Shown here: piece by piece, positions 11,213 to 25,185 of the stretch | Numbering within the stretch: position 1 is the stretch's first letter | How the letters are laid out: each line of letters starts with the position of its first letter | Assembly: GCF_036321535.1 (NCBI RefSeq) | Contig: NC_087436.1 | Coordinates: forward strand, 98,520,001 to 98,584,000 | Direction: 5' to 3' | Length of the DNA stretch: 64,000 bases | Origin: Camelus dromedarius | Taxonomy: Eukaryota | The notes under the pieces: model-generated | What the model saw: only the letters and a program-made list of their open reading frames with translations | Databases searched by the model: none | What the model was told of the DNA's origin: nothing | Made by a program: the position numbers and the translations under genes

Positions 11213-12912
11213 TTTTTTTAACATTTTTTGTTGATTTATAATCATTTTACAATGTTGTGTCAAATTCCAGTGTAGAGCACAATTTTTCAGTTATACATGA
11301 ACATGTGTATATTCATTGTCACATTTTTTTCTCTGTGAGCTACCATAAGATCTTGTGTATATTTCCCTGTGCTATACAGTATAATCTTGTTTATCTATTC
11401 TACAGTTTTGAAATCCAGTCTATCCCTTCCCACCCTCTGCCCCTTTGGCAACCACAAGTTTGTATTCTATGTCTATGAGTCTGTTTCTGTTTTGTATTCA
11501 TGCTTTGTTTTTCTTTTCTTTTTTTTTTTTTTTTTTGGTTTTTGGTTTATTTATTTTTTTTTTTTTTAGATTCCACATATGAGTGATCTCATATGGTATT
11601 TTTCTTTCTCTTTCTGGCTTATTTCACTTAGAATGACATTCTCCAGGAGCATCCATGAGCTGCAAATTGCATTATGTTGTCAGTTTTTATGGCTGAGTAG
11701 TATTCCATTGTATAAATATACCACCTCTTCTTTATGCAGTCATCTGTTGATGGACATTTAGGCTGTCTCCATGTCTTGGCTTGTAAATAGTGCTGCTATG
11801 AACATTGGGGTACAGGTGTCATCCTGAAGTAAGGTTCCTTCTGGATATATGCCCAGGAGCAGGATTCCTGGATCATATGATTAAGTCTATTCCTAGTCTT
11901 TTGAGGCATCTCCATACTGTTTTCCACAGTGGCTGCACCAAACTGCATTCCCACCAGCAGTGTAGGAGGGTTCACCCTTTCTCCACAGCCTCTCCAGCAT
12001 TTGTCGTTTGTGGATTTTTGAATGATGGCCATTCTGACTGGTGTGAGGTGATACCTCATTGTAGTTTTGATTTGCATTTCTCTGATAATTAGTGATATTG
12101 GGCATTTTTTCATGTACCTATTGATCATTTGTATGTCTTCCTTGGAGAATTGCTTGTTTAGGTCTTCAGCCCATTTTTGGATTGGGTTGTTTGGTTGTTT
12201 CTTATTAAGTCATATGAGCTGCTTATATATTCTGGATATCGAGCCTTTGATAGTTTCATTTGCAAACATTTTCTCCCATTCTGTAGGTTGTCTTTTTGTT
12301 TTACTTCTGGTTTCCTTTGCTGTACAGAAGCTTGTAAGTTTCATTAGGTCCCATTTGTTTATTCTTGCTTTTATTTCTATTGCTTGGGTAGACTGTTCAA
12401 GGAGAACATTTTTGAGATGTACATCAGATAATGTTTTGCCTATATTTTCTTCTAGGAGGTTTATTGTATCTTGTCTTATGTTTAAGTCTTTGATCCATCT
12501 TGAGTTGATTTTTGTGTATGGTGTAAGGGAGTGTTCTAGCTTTGTTGCTTTACATGCTGCTGTCCAGTTTTCCCAACACCATTTGCTGAAGAGACTGTCT
12601 TTATTCCATTGTATAATCTTGCCTCCTTTGTCGAAGATGAGTTGACCAAAAGTTTGTGGGTTCATTTCTGGGCTCTCTATTCTGTTCCATTGGTCTATAT
12701 GTCTGTTTTTGTACCAATACCATGCTGTCTTGATGACTGTAGCTCTGTAGTATTGTCTGAAGCCTGGGAGAGTTATTCCTCCAGCCTCTTTCTTTTTCTT
12801 CAGTAAAGCTTTGGCAATTCTAGGTCTTTGATGGTTCCATATAAATGTTACTATGATTTGTTCTAGTTCTGTGAAATATGTTCTGGGTAATTTGATAAGG
12901 ATTGCAGTAAAT
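11213..12912 (-). mobile_element. 5'-truncated young LINE-1, same family as 1-5556
   Basis: The reverse complement aligns to copy 1 from ~3931 through the 3' UTR (3 mismatches in 53 nt against 4201-4253). 18-bp TSD caattatctatacctttc (11195-11212) / caattatttatacatttc (12913-12930). Confidence 0.96.
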
Positions 12913-13084
12913 CAATTATTTATACATTTCATTACAATTTTGTGAAGAGGATAAAAAATGTTCTATTAATTGGGGCAAGGGTTCTGATAGGACTCAAAAC
13001 TATGGAGCTAGAACATAGTGATTGTTATTAATCAGTATATTTGAAAAAACTAGTATAGTTTAATTCAATGTAGTTTTATAAATT

Positions 13085-14510
13085 TTTAAGACTTTGTTTT
13101 TGTAGAGCAGTTTTATGTTTACAACAAAATTGACTGTTGATCAACGTCCTCAGCAACATTTGATGTTGTCAGTGCTCTAAATTTTGGCCATTTCAAAATG
13201 TGTGTAGTGCTATCTCGTGGTTTTTTGTTTTGTTTTGAATTTGTACTTCCTTAATCACACCTGATTGGAGCATATTTTCATATGTTTATTTGCCTTCTCT
13301 ATATCTTCTCCACTGAGTTTTCTGTTAAGGGCTTTGGTTCATTTTTTAAATCAGGTTGGTTGTTCTCTTATTGTTGAATTTTAAGAGTTCTTGTATATTT
13401 TCGATAATAGTTCTTTATCATATGTGTCTTTTGCAAATATTTTCTCCTAGTCTGTGACTTATCTTCTCATTCTCTTGATATTGTCTTTTGCAGAGCAGGA
13501 TTTTTAATTTTAAAAAAGTCAAGCTTATTTATTATTTTTTCATGAATCGTGTCTTTGATACTGTATCTTAAAGGTATCACCATGCCTGAGATCTCTGGGC
13601 TTTCTTCTATGCTATCTTCTAGGAGTTTTATAGTTTTGCATTTTATGTTCAGGTCTATGATGCATTTAGAGCTAATTCTGGTAAAGATGTAAAGTCTGTC
13701 TAGATTAATTTTTTTGCATATCGTTGTTCAGTTGTTCCAGAACCAGTTGTTGAAGAGCTATCTTTACTTGATTGTATTGCCTTTGCTCCTTTGTCAAAGA
13801 CAAGCTGACTATATTTATGGAGATCTCCTTTTGGGTTCTCTGTTATGTTCCCATGATCTATTTGTGTATTCTTTTGCCAGTACCACCTTGTCTTGATTAC
13901 TATAGCTTTATAGTAAACCTTGAAGTCAGGTAGTGTCACTCTTCCAACTTTGTTCTTGTCCTTTCAATTGTATTCACTTTTCTGGGTCTTTTGCCTCTTC
14001 CTAAAACTTTAGAGTTAGTTTGTGGATATCTGTAAAATAACTTGCTGGGATTTTGAGTGGAATTACATTAAATCTATATATTAATTTGGAAAGAACTGAC
14101 ATCTTAACAATATTGTCTTCCTATTCATAAACATGAAATATCTCTCCAGTTATTTGGTTCTTCTTTGATTTTGTTCATTAGAGTTTTGTGGGTTTTTTAA
14201 TAGATCTTGTACATATTTTGTTAGATTTATACCTAAGTATTTGATTTTTGGTGTGCTAATATAGATAACATTGTGTTTTTATTTTCAAATCCATTTCTTC
14301 ATTCTTAGAATATACAAGAGCAATTGGGTTTTTTATATTAATGTATCCTTCAAACTTAGTTTCAAGTGGTTTTTTGTTAGTTTTCTCTGGATATTCAACA
14401 TGGATAGTCATGTCATTTGTGAACAAAGACAGCTTTATATCTTCCTGCCTAATCTGTATACCTTTTATTTCCTTTACTTGACTTACTGCATTAACAAGGA
14501 CTTCCACTTT
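13085..14510 (-). mobile_element. Old L1 (L1MC1-like) fragment with most of the 3' UTR deleted
   Basis: ORF2 remnants [16 protein letters not shown] and EIKGIQIRQEDIKLSLFTNDM. Homologous to the 52840-55560 copy. Confidence 0.88.
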
Positions 14511-15824
14511 ATTGCAATTAAAAAAAATTAAATTCTATTCCTTTGAGAAGTTCAGTTACAAATGAAAAATCAACTGCAGAAGGATATGATGAGACAAGGA
14601 AATATTTAGGCAAAGAAATTGTAGTGCTTTTTGTTATATAATTTCAATATGTATACATTAATAAATATAATATATGCTAGTTACCATGCATAATAATAAA
14701 TGAATATGCATATATTGCTATACCTTAAGATTAGAATCCTCCCCAGTGCTATTGCATATCTTTGTGTGCTCCATTTCAATCTCATCTATTTTCCCTCTCT
14801 CTCAAAAGTAACCACTAGTCCTAAGTTGTGATAATCATTCCATTGTGTGTTCTTAGAGTCTAAATCTCTGTGTATTAACTTCTTCATGTGTAAAGCTGAG
14901 ATATTAAATTACTCATAATAAGGTTGTGACAGAGGACTGAACAATGTAATGCATGCAGTCCAAATTACATTTTAATTTCTTTGTGTTTTTAAGATTTTTG
15001 AAAAGTATTTCTATATTATTTTCCATTTTTTGAAACTTGCTTTTTTTTTACTCTGTTTTGTCTATCTACTCTTAATCTACTTTTTAAGTAGGGTTGTAGT
15101 TTATTCTTTTCTACTTATATATGCCATCAATTGTATGAATATATCACAACATATCTAGATAGATATCCACCTGTTAATAAGCATTTGAGTTATTTGGATT
15201 TTGGGCTACTTATTTAGTATTTAGTCATTCAAAAATACATGTTGAACAGCTGATCATACAGAGCTCTCTTCTAGTTAAATGAGATAAAGCAATGAAAATA
15301 ATTAGCTTACATCCTAATGAAGAGACTATTGTGAACAACACTGTTTATGAGTATTCTCACATATGTCCTCTGTGTGCACACACATCATTTGAAGGTTCTT
15401 TACATGGGCCACAGATCCCTAAAATTCATGGATAAAACTTCAGAGAGTGTATGGTATTGTATATTTTTAAATTTACTTTGATTTCTTTTTCTACTGGATA
15501 TAACTTCTATTTACAGTGCTGGTCGAATCTGTACTAATGAACAGCTTTCTTCGAAAGTCATCCTATGTTTACTCTATTGTTCATAACAATGAAAAAATTA
15601 TGAGATTAGCAAAAGCAATCACTCTGTCTTAATCATTTTAAAATATTTTATGTATATAGTAAAATTCCAAGTAACTGATAAAATAAATAAAATATGTATA
15701 CTTTCAAATTTACTCAATACTGAATCATAGGTTATAAGAGAGGGATGATATCTAAATAATTAACTATTTCAAGTTTCTCATTTAATAGATGTAGGAATAG
15801 ATTCTCAATATATATTCAAGATAA

Positions 15825-16070
15825 AGATTAAGATTGGACTTTGGAATCCAGAGGTATGTGTTAGAACATTGACTTTGCCACTTACTAGATTTATTCTTGG
15901 ACTGTTAATCACTATTCATATTAGTTCATCATATATAAACCTTAGCTGTTACTACATTCTTCATAAATTTTTGGTAAGGGAATAAATAAATTCATTCATG
16001 CAAAGAACTCATCACAATCCCTCAATGATATGAACATATATATATCAATACTTTAATTATTAATTACTTA
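15825..16070 (+). mobile_element. MIR SINE, degraded
   Basis: ggactttggaatccaga...gactttgccacttactag...gtaagggaataaataaattcattcatgcaaagaactcatcaca. Confidence 0.6.
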
Positions 16071-19000
16071 CACAACTACTTATTTTAAAGTGCATATAAT
16101 TATTTTGATTTACCATAGAATTATTTATAACAGAATCAAAAATAATAATTTCTGGTTAATGAGAAACATTATTTTTCTCTGTGATGGTTTCTTGTTCTAT
16201 TTTATACTATTTAACCTCTTATTTTGAAACTAGAACATTTACAAGCTGTGAATAATTTGGCTTTGGCAAGCACAAAGTGGTAAAAAATAATTAAGAAAGT
16301 AAAGTTATATTTTCATAGAAAAATGTTTTAAATATCATTATTTTTAGATAAATTAAATGATTTAAAACTGAAAATGGGGAAAATCTCATATCCAGTTAAG
16401 AAAGGATAAATTTAAATTCAAGCATGAATAATTTTGATAATATTTTAACTAGCAATATACCAAAATTACTTTTCGTTGTTTTTTCTGATAAAATGTACTA
16501 CTTCATCTTTTTTCAGTGAAATTCAATAGAAGAGGGTAATGGGCGAGATACTGATGGGGTCACTGACAAGTGTCTGTAGGCAGAGATTTTATAGGTAAAT
16601 TCTAGAAATATTTGATTCCATATTCATTTTAATATGTGTGAAGTTACTGAGCAAAGCTGCTACTGATAATAACTGAGTAACGAAAGCTAGGAGTCAATTT
16701 TTAGCTTATATTCCATTTTCTTTTCTTTTCCTGTGAGATCATGAACAAGTTACAGATCTTCAGCAAATCTCAAATTTCTCTTTGTCCAGATTTCTAATAA
16801 TGTATGTCTCACAGTGCAAATGTTATGAGTAAGAGGAGAGAGTAAATTCTATAAAGCTCTTGTAGCATAGTAAACTCTAATAAATTTGCTTTTTTTTTCA
16901 TGGTAGCATCTTATATACAAATAATTATCAGTCACTTTTCTTAGTTGGTCTAGAAAATATTGAACCCCACCCTGACTTAAAAGAGTGAGTAAAGCAGAAG
17001 CAGTCATTGAGGTATCATTATGATCACTAAGCGCCAAGACTATATACTTTTCCTTCAGCTGTTAGTTACTCTATTTCTCAAAGTCAAAATCTCAATCAAC
17101 AAATGTAGCAACTTCTATGAGCAGACAGACATTGAAGGAATTAGTTGAATGTCTCACTAGTTGTCTCAAATGTTTATAAACATAGTGCCCATATCATCTA
17201 TTTAAAATAATTAAATGTATTCTATGTAAAAATATTAGCTATGCTCACCATATGTTATGCCTATCTTTTTTTTTAATATCAGTTATGATAAAATTTTTAA
17301 AAAACAGCCTTGGATGAAAGGAATTTTCATCATAAGTTATCTAAAAATACTGACCTAGTTACTTAATGTGTGGTTATGGTGTAGAGGGATGTATGATATA
17401 TCAGCATACATATACATATAAATATTCATATATATTTGTATCATTTTATCATTTTTAATGATAGGAAGGACATAATTAATTTTACAAATGATGATACAAT
17501 AAACCTGAAGAGAAAATGGGTGGCAAACAAAATGTAAAGTTTTAGGATGAATAGATGAAAACCATTCTGTCTGATTCTTAAGAAAAAATTTAGGATAAAA
17601 AGAAAAGAAATAAAGTGATTACAAAAAAACTTTGCTGAGGTTTAAACTAAGATTTTAATAATGAATCCTTTTCTGCACCAAAAAAAAAAAGTTCTGTCTT
17701 CATAGGTACTAGTATTTATGCCCAGAATATCATTCTTGTGACAAAAATAGATATAAATAATTATTAAATTATGATTACTTTAATACATATTATATTATAT
17801 ATTATTTTAAATACCATAATATATAATTATTAAATTTTAAACAAATCAAATGATCTAAACTTATGGCCTCTGTATATAACCCCCTCCCCAAGTCTCCTAA
17901 ATCAGTATAGCCTAGGAAAACACAATATCCTGTGGATTCTGTGTAATAAAGAGCAGTATTTCAACACGGAAACAAGAAGTTTCATGAAATATACAGATAT
18001 AAGTATCTCTTTAAATATGAAGTTCACATTTTAAAATACTAAGAAATGCTATTTGTTTTCCTCTTATCATGTTCTTTTAAATACATTTAAATACCTTAAT
18101 ACAATTCATGCTGTTGATCATTGAGTTAAATGTACTTCTTAGTATTTCTTTCTGAATGCAGCAGTATATGATTAATTCTACTAAAATCATTTTTCCAATT
18201 ATCTGTAGAACTATTGCATCAGCACCAAGGAGGAATGCTCAGCAAGCTGTCACTAATTTTTAAAAGATGTGTAAGTGATATTAAACTTAAATCAGTTAAA
18301 TTGTGGCATAAATCTCATGTATCACTGATGTCCAATAACCAAGAGAAGGATCTTGTTTGTTGTCACAGCGCAGGGGTTGAAATTCTCTGTCTTATCTAAT
18401 CTATCTGTTCAACCCTCCTTATTCAATGACAGGATTTCATGTATGTGATTTACAGGCAAGGAATTCATAACTACTGAAAATCATTTTTATATGACTATTT
18501 TCATACATAAATGAAAGTAAATACTTATCCTTGTTTTACATCTAGATATACACATAATTTGGGAAAAATGAGTTATCTACTTTCTTTCTTTCCTGGTTCA
18601 ACTGAAATTTTTAAAAACAAAATACTTTGTTACTGCATGTGTGTGTGTGTTCTGTATAAAGGCAGATGCACAGAGAGAATATTGGTGCTTCCAGATAAAT
18701 CTGCTTATTAGACATACTATTCAAGGCACTGGAGTGGGTGTGCCAAACATTGGACCACTACAACAGTATTTATCCTTAAAATTGGAAGGTATTTATTCTT
18801 AAAATTGTTTACAGTTACCATATCTCATTATAAATGCAAAATATTACCATACTCTTTTGCCAATTAGATTAACAGTGAAATGATTTTCTAAAGTGTACCT
18901 AAGGAAATATTTTCCAAGTCAGCAAGACCATTATGCTACGTTTTAGACATCAACTAAAGCTAGCATGCTTGCCAAAATCCTTTTAGAAATATGTTGAAAT

Positions 19001-20459
19001 AAAAGAAATCATTTTAAGAACTTAGCACTTAAAACTTCAATAATATGTTCAAATTCTGGGAAAAAATAAATGAGTAAGGAGATTAACTGTCATAGAAGAG
19101 ACTCACTTGTCAAATACTGAGTTGCCCATACCAGTAAGGGATTGGAAATTTATGGGCACAGGTCATGCATGAGAACAGGGATCACAAACATGGTCTGTGC
19201 AGTGATTTGTGTGCGTTTAGACCATTTTGGTTCTCTGTGATCTCTGGGACCTGCATTTTTTTCTCATTCAAAAATATGAGAGACTCGAATGTCTTATTCT
19301 TTAACACTGTTTCATTAGTGATGCCATCAATAAACTTAGAGAAATACCAAAGATACACTGATGCTATGAAAACAAATTTGTCTTTTATTTCATTCATATT
19401 TTGTATGAAGAGGTGACTTTGGCAATAATATTTAATGGGTCAGCTTTTGCAGTTTATAGGGGCCAAGAAAAGAGATTTGCCCATAGTGTTTTAGAAATTT
19501 TTACACTGCATTTCTGTGAGTTATGTAGGCTGAAAAGAACATTAATATTAAGATCAAAGTAATTATTATTACTGTACTTCATTGGAAAGGGTCAAGGAGA
19601 CAACTCATCCTAGATTTGTCTTTATATACGTCACTGGACTGCAGCCTGCTACCCCTTCCCTGAGGTGGGGGTGGTGAGAGACCAGTAAAATTGCTAAATG
19701 CTATTACAATTATTGCAGGGTATCATGAATATATTTGAACAACCTTTATTGAAAAGGCATTTCAGGCATCAAAAATGTGAGTCAAAACCATCAACATATC
19801 TTTATAAAATGTGTTCTATAAAAACAATATGTTTGATGGACCGTTTTTTGTTCAGGTTATGTGTACTCAATTGATACTTTCATATTGTGGATATTTAATA
19901 AACAAATTGAATCTATATTCATTTCTATTCACAAGAGTAAATTGTCTTATTTTCCTCGGCTCTTGTGAGAAAGCATTGTGCTCAATTTAGGGGCACCCCA
20001 TTTAAAAACTGAACAATTATTCCTCACTGACCATGAGCTTCTAATGACTTCTGTTAGGTGTACAGGATATATTCTGGGTAGATTCTGAGCAGCTTTCTAG
20101 AGGATCTGAGAAAAGGGCATATTATACAATTTGCCTGAATACTAGATGCGAAAGACACTGGACATCTACCACCCAGACACAGAAAAGAAAAAGGGCCACA
20201 TTTATTACAGATTAAATAAACCACAAATGAAAGTATGTACGTATGCTGGTATTTACTTTAAAATATGTACTTCTTATTTTATAAAGACGGTTTAATTCTG
20301 CTTTCCTGATACATAAGAAACAGTTTATGTAGGCAGTCTATAAAATTTATACTCTCAAAGGCTCGATACTAAGTGACATATTGTTACTGCTCAGTGATGC
20401 CTGAATGTCCCAGCTGATTGGTCTTATTAAAATGTTAAGCACTCTTGGCTTTTAAATTC

Positions 20460-21270
20460 ACCATCATACTGTTTACTTTCAACACACCAATCAGAAGGAT
20501 CTCTTTCAAATGTAAACCACGTAACACTTTTCCACTCAAAATTCCCCAAATCTTTCCATTTCACTCAAAATAAAACAAGGTTCATTCTCTGGTCTCTGGG
20601 CCCACATCAGTTGTACCCTCTCCTCCCCACTCTGGTCTCTTCATCACCTGTCCATCCCTGTTTTACCCTTCGCTGTTCAGGGAATTCTCCTTTCCCCAAA
20701 GTGTCTGTATGTTCAGTGTGAAATTTTTCTTCCTCTTCTATCCTCATGGTACACTCATTTACCTCTAAGACTTTGCTTAATCATTTCCTTCTTAATACAT
20801 CCTGCCATGACCACTATAAAAGCAAACAAACAAACAACAAAAAACTACTATTTCTGCAACCCCTTTTCCTAGCCAATTACTCCAGCTTTCTTTTGTCCTT
20901 CTCATGCTCTTTCTTTTCCCTAGTAGTTATCATCTTTTACTATTCTATATAACTTCATTAATTTTATGACTATTGCTCATTGACTGTATGGTTTTCTTCA
21001 CCCCACAAACTGTAAGTCCCACAAGAATCTTTGTTTTCTTCACAGATGCAGCTCAAGAACCTAGAACAGTGCCTGACATACAGTAGGTGCTCCATCAGCC
21101 CATGCATTCAGCAAATGGTACTGAGCCACAGCCAAGTGCCAGGCACTCATCTATATGTTTAAGCCACATCTGTAATCAAAACAGGACAAAACTCTCTGCT
21201 CCAATGGACCTTTTGTTCCATTCAGGGAGAGAAAACAATAAACAATATAAGCAGTAGGGTAGAGTGTGTA
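20460..21270. mobile_element. Tail-to-tail L2 fragments (+ ~20460-21100; - ~21105-21270)
   Basis: tgtaagtcccacaagaatc...acctagaacagtgcctgacatacagtaggtgctc, followed by cattcagcaaat...gtgccaggcact...aaaacaggacaaaactctctgctc. Confidence 0.7.
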
Positions 21271-22451
21271 TATGATTACTGGTTGAGAGGTAGATATGGT
21301 GACAATATGTTGACTTGATAAAGTTATTGCTTAATAAGTAAATAAGCAATAAAGAAATAATCAGATGTGATTTTTTGGTTTGAATCTTTGGGAATGTGTT
21401 CACATATATAAATTTCTAAGTACGTTTAATAAAAATAAGAAATAGATACAAAATATAGAGGAGTGTGTTACAAAAAAAAAAACCTCACAAAAATCCTTTC
21501 TTTCTTGGAATAGTTTTATTATAGTTTAAGTCAGATTTTGTTTTTTGACAATAGTCTGATAAAAATAAAATTTATGTTCTCTGGACACAGCTGAAATTTT
21601 AAATGAAAATTGATAATTTTAATTATTTTCATTATATAGAAAAGACTTTAAAGGAATAATTTACCACTTTTAAAGAAATAGAAAATATTGCAAAAGACAT
21701 CTGTCAAATATAGGAAGGCCAAATCAATAATAAAATTGAAACGCATGAAATATTTTCATCAGGAATCCGAGGTGCAGACGAGCCTAGGCAATGTAGCTCT
21801 TGAGCCTTCAAGCCTTTGAGGAAAAAAGAAGAGAAGCGGGATGGGGCTAGGACAGGTATTCAACTACCTTACTTAGCATAATTATATTAACCACAATATA
21901 CATGGACTTTGCTTTAGAAATGTTACTTTTAGAGATCATGCCATCAGTACCTACCGGCATGTATACAGCAATATTTATTGCTATTTGTGGTATTTTTGAT
22001 AATATCTAGAACAAATTCAATTTCTATCAGAGATGTTTTACGATATGATTGATTCATATCAATATAATATCCCCAGTGATTGTTTCATCATATATAGACA
22101 AATTGGGGGAGGGAATGTACTACAGAATGCAGACTAAAGTGTAAAGTAGTATAAAGCAGAGTAAAAAACAAGAAAACAGAATACCAAGCACTGATATAGC
22201 TGTATCATAGAATCCTCTTTTGCATGAGGTGGTTTTATGCCCCTTTTATATGTTTGTTTCAGCATAGTAACACGTGTGGGAGTATATACTCTCCACTTGC
22301 CATTCCTTACTTCAAAGTAACTGAATTAGAAAATGGAAGGGGAGACTACTAGCATTGTATTATATATAATATACATAATCAGAATAAAGTTACCATTCTC
22401 AAACTATCCATCTTTTTTTTCTCTCATAAAAATAGAATTTAGAAAAGAAGT

Positions 22452-22918
22452 TGAGGTAGGCAAAATAATAGATCCCTAAGATGCCCACATTTTAATTTGT
22501 GGAACCTGGGAATGTTTTTCCTTACATGGCAAAAGGCACTTTGCAAGTGTGCTCAGAGTAAGGACCTTGAGATGCGGAAATTATCCTGGATTATCCAGCT
22601 GGGCCCAACCTTATCAGATGACTCCGGAAGACAAGACCTTACCTGAATAAATGCACAGAGCTATTCAACACAGCTGGTTTCGATGACGGAGGAAGGAGGC
22701 CACTAGCCAAGGAATGTGGCAGCCTATAGAACCTGGAAAAGGTAGTGAAAAGCATCTCACAGAGCCTCCAGGAAGGAATTCAGTCCTACTGACACAATTA
22801 TTGTAACCCAGAGGTCAGACTTCCAACTCATAGAACTGTAAGATGATAATTGATTTGTGTTGCTTTAAACTATTAAGTTTGTGTTAATTTGTTAGAGCAT
22901 CAATAGAAGTCTAATGTC
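22452..22918 (+). mobile_element. MLT1D-like MaLR solo LTR
   Basis: tgaggtaggcaaaataat...ccttacatggcaaaagg...gaccttgagatg...attatcctggattatcc...agagcctccaggaagga...gaactgtaagatgataa...tttgttagagca. Confidence 0.85.
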
Positions 22919-24009
22919 TAACTTCAACAATATTTTTTCTTGTTTGTTTAATTGATTTTTGTGTAATGTGCTTATATCAAAGATGTGCAAGAATCAGATG
23001 AGGAGTTAGGTCTTATTTACAGATGACCTTCAACTGTTTATTATACCCCAACATAATTCTGTTAAAAAGTTTCATAGATTTTTCTTGCCTAACTGAAGTT
23101 AATTTTTTTCACTTGTTTATATGTTTAACTTTGAATTTGCACCCAAAGGATTAAACTAAAACATGCAGAGTGAAATAGAAAAACATATGGCATACCTGGC
23201 ATCATATATGCATGACTATTTCTGGGATAAGTACAATTTTGTAAGTAGGGAAGCTTAAATTTTTAAATCATAGTCTTTTTAAAATATGCAGTTTCTTAAA
23301 TAATGTTTCTAAAATTAAATACAAATTTTCTGCTGTGTCATCATGATGGATGAATAAAATTTAATCTTCTCCTAAATATAAATAATTGCCTTTGAAAATA
23401 TTCAGAGTTGCTCTCCCTAATGAACTACACTCAACAGCCCTAAACCTTGCTTTCTGGTTGTTAGATTCTCATTGTCCACTTTTAGCAACTCCATTTCATA
23501 AACTGACATTTTATAGGGCTGAATGGAGAAACTAAATAACCAGCAAGTGATAGCAGTGACCTTGATTCTTAAAATATGTTATATTTCAATGCCATTTGGT
23601 CTGAGGGCAAGTTCACTCCTCCTTTGTTATGAAAAGCATGCGTTTGACTTCAGATGCTGAAAAACATTTTTTTCCAGATTTGCATTAAATAATTGAGGAT
23701 TCTATAAAAGGGATATGCTATGATTTATCAAAAATATACAGTAGCTATATATAAAAATGAATTAATCAGTCAATCAAAACCACTCTTTCTGACTTGAATT
23801 TCTTAAACATTACTGTGTGTATATGCATGCGTACTCATGGGGGGTGCACATATACATATGCACATGCATCTTTTTTGCCTGAGTATTTTAAGAATCATTT
23901 TGGAAAGGTGGAACTTATAAAATCACTAATAAAAACCATGACTACAAAATAAATGAAAATAACTCAATTGTACATATATTTTGACATAAATTCTGAGTGT
24001 GGTGAGAGA

Positions 24010-24250
24010 AATGGAAATGGTCAAACTCATAGAAGCAGTGAGTGAAATGGTGTTTGCCAAGGGTGGGGGATGGAGAAACAAGAAGGTACTAATCAAAAGG
24101 TACAAAGCTTCAGTCATGCAAGATAAATAGGTCCTTGAAATCTACAAATGTACAGCATAGTGTTTATAGTTAATAACACCACATTATGTACTTAAAAACT
24201 TGCTAAGAAATTGGATCTTATATTAAATGCCTTTCTCCCTCTCGCTCTCT

Positions 24251-24292
<42 letters not shown>

Positions 24293-24480
24293 ATAATAAT
24301 AATGACAAGTAATGAGGGCAGGAGGAAACTTTTGGAGGTGATGAATATGTTTATTACATAGACTGTGATGATGGTTTTATAGAAGTATACTTTATATACA
24401 AACTCACCATGTTGTATATATTAAATAAGTAGAGCTTTTTGCAAATCAATTATACTTTTAAAAAGTGATTTAAAAAATTA
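24010..24480 (+). mobile_element. L1MA-type 3' UTR fragment containing a (TC)n(CA)n microsatellite (~24232-24292)
   Basis: gtcaaactcatagaagcag...tacaaagcttcagt...tgtacagcatag...ggaggaaacttttggaggtgatg. Confidence 0.8.
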
Positions 24481-24569
24481 ACTTAAGGGTTTTTCAGAGC
24501 ATTCTTTCTGAAAAATTTGAGTTATGAATAATTACTTAGAAGTAAGGAAGATAAGATAGGTTGTTCCTA

Positions 24570-25185
24570 TTTTTTTAAATTATGGTTGAATATATATAAC
24601 ATAAAATTTACCATTTAAAAAACTAAATTTTTTGCATGTGGCTATCCAGTTTTCCCAGCACCATTTGTTGAACAGACTACCCCTTGTCCTTTGAATGGCG
24701 TTCACACCTTGCTGAAAATCATTTGGCCAATTGCAGTGGTTTATTTCTGGGCTCTCTGTTCTACTCTGTTGGCCTATGTGTCTGGCTTAATGCCAGTACA
24801 ACACTAGATCATTATACTTTTGTATTAAATTTTGAAATTGGGAAGAATGAGTCATCCAACTTTGTTCTTCTTTTTCAACATTGTTTTGGCTATTCAGCCT
24901 CCCTTAGCTTCCATGTAAATTTTAGAATGGATTTTTCTATTTCTGCAGAAAAAATGTTGTTGGGTTTGTGATAGGGATTGTATTGAATTTGTCAATCACT
25001 TTGGATAGTATTGCCATCTTACCAACATTGTCTTCCAATTCATGAATATGGATGTCTTTCCATTTACTTGTGTCTTCTTTAATTTCTTGCAGCAAAGTTT
25101 TGTTATTTTCAGTGTACAAGTCTTTTGTCTCTTTGTTTAAATTTATTCCTAAGTGTCGTATTCTTTTTTTTCCACTATTGTAGTC
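24570..25185 (-). mobile_element. Old L1 (L1MB-like): terminal ~50 nt joined directly to the ORF2 body
   Basis: tatataacataaaatttaccattt (3' end), then tttgcatgtggctatccagttttcccagcaccatttg. ORF2 remnant LGINLNKETKDLYTENNKTLLQEIKEDTSKWKDI. Confidence 0.85.
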
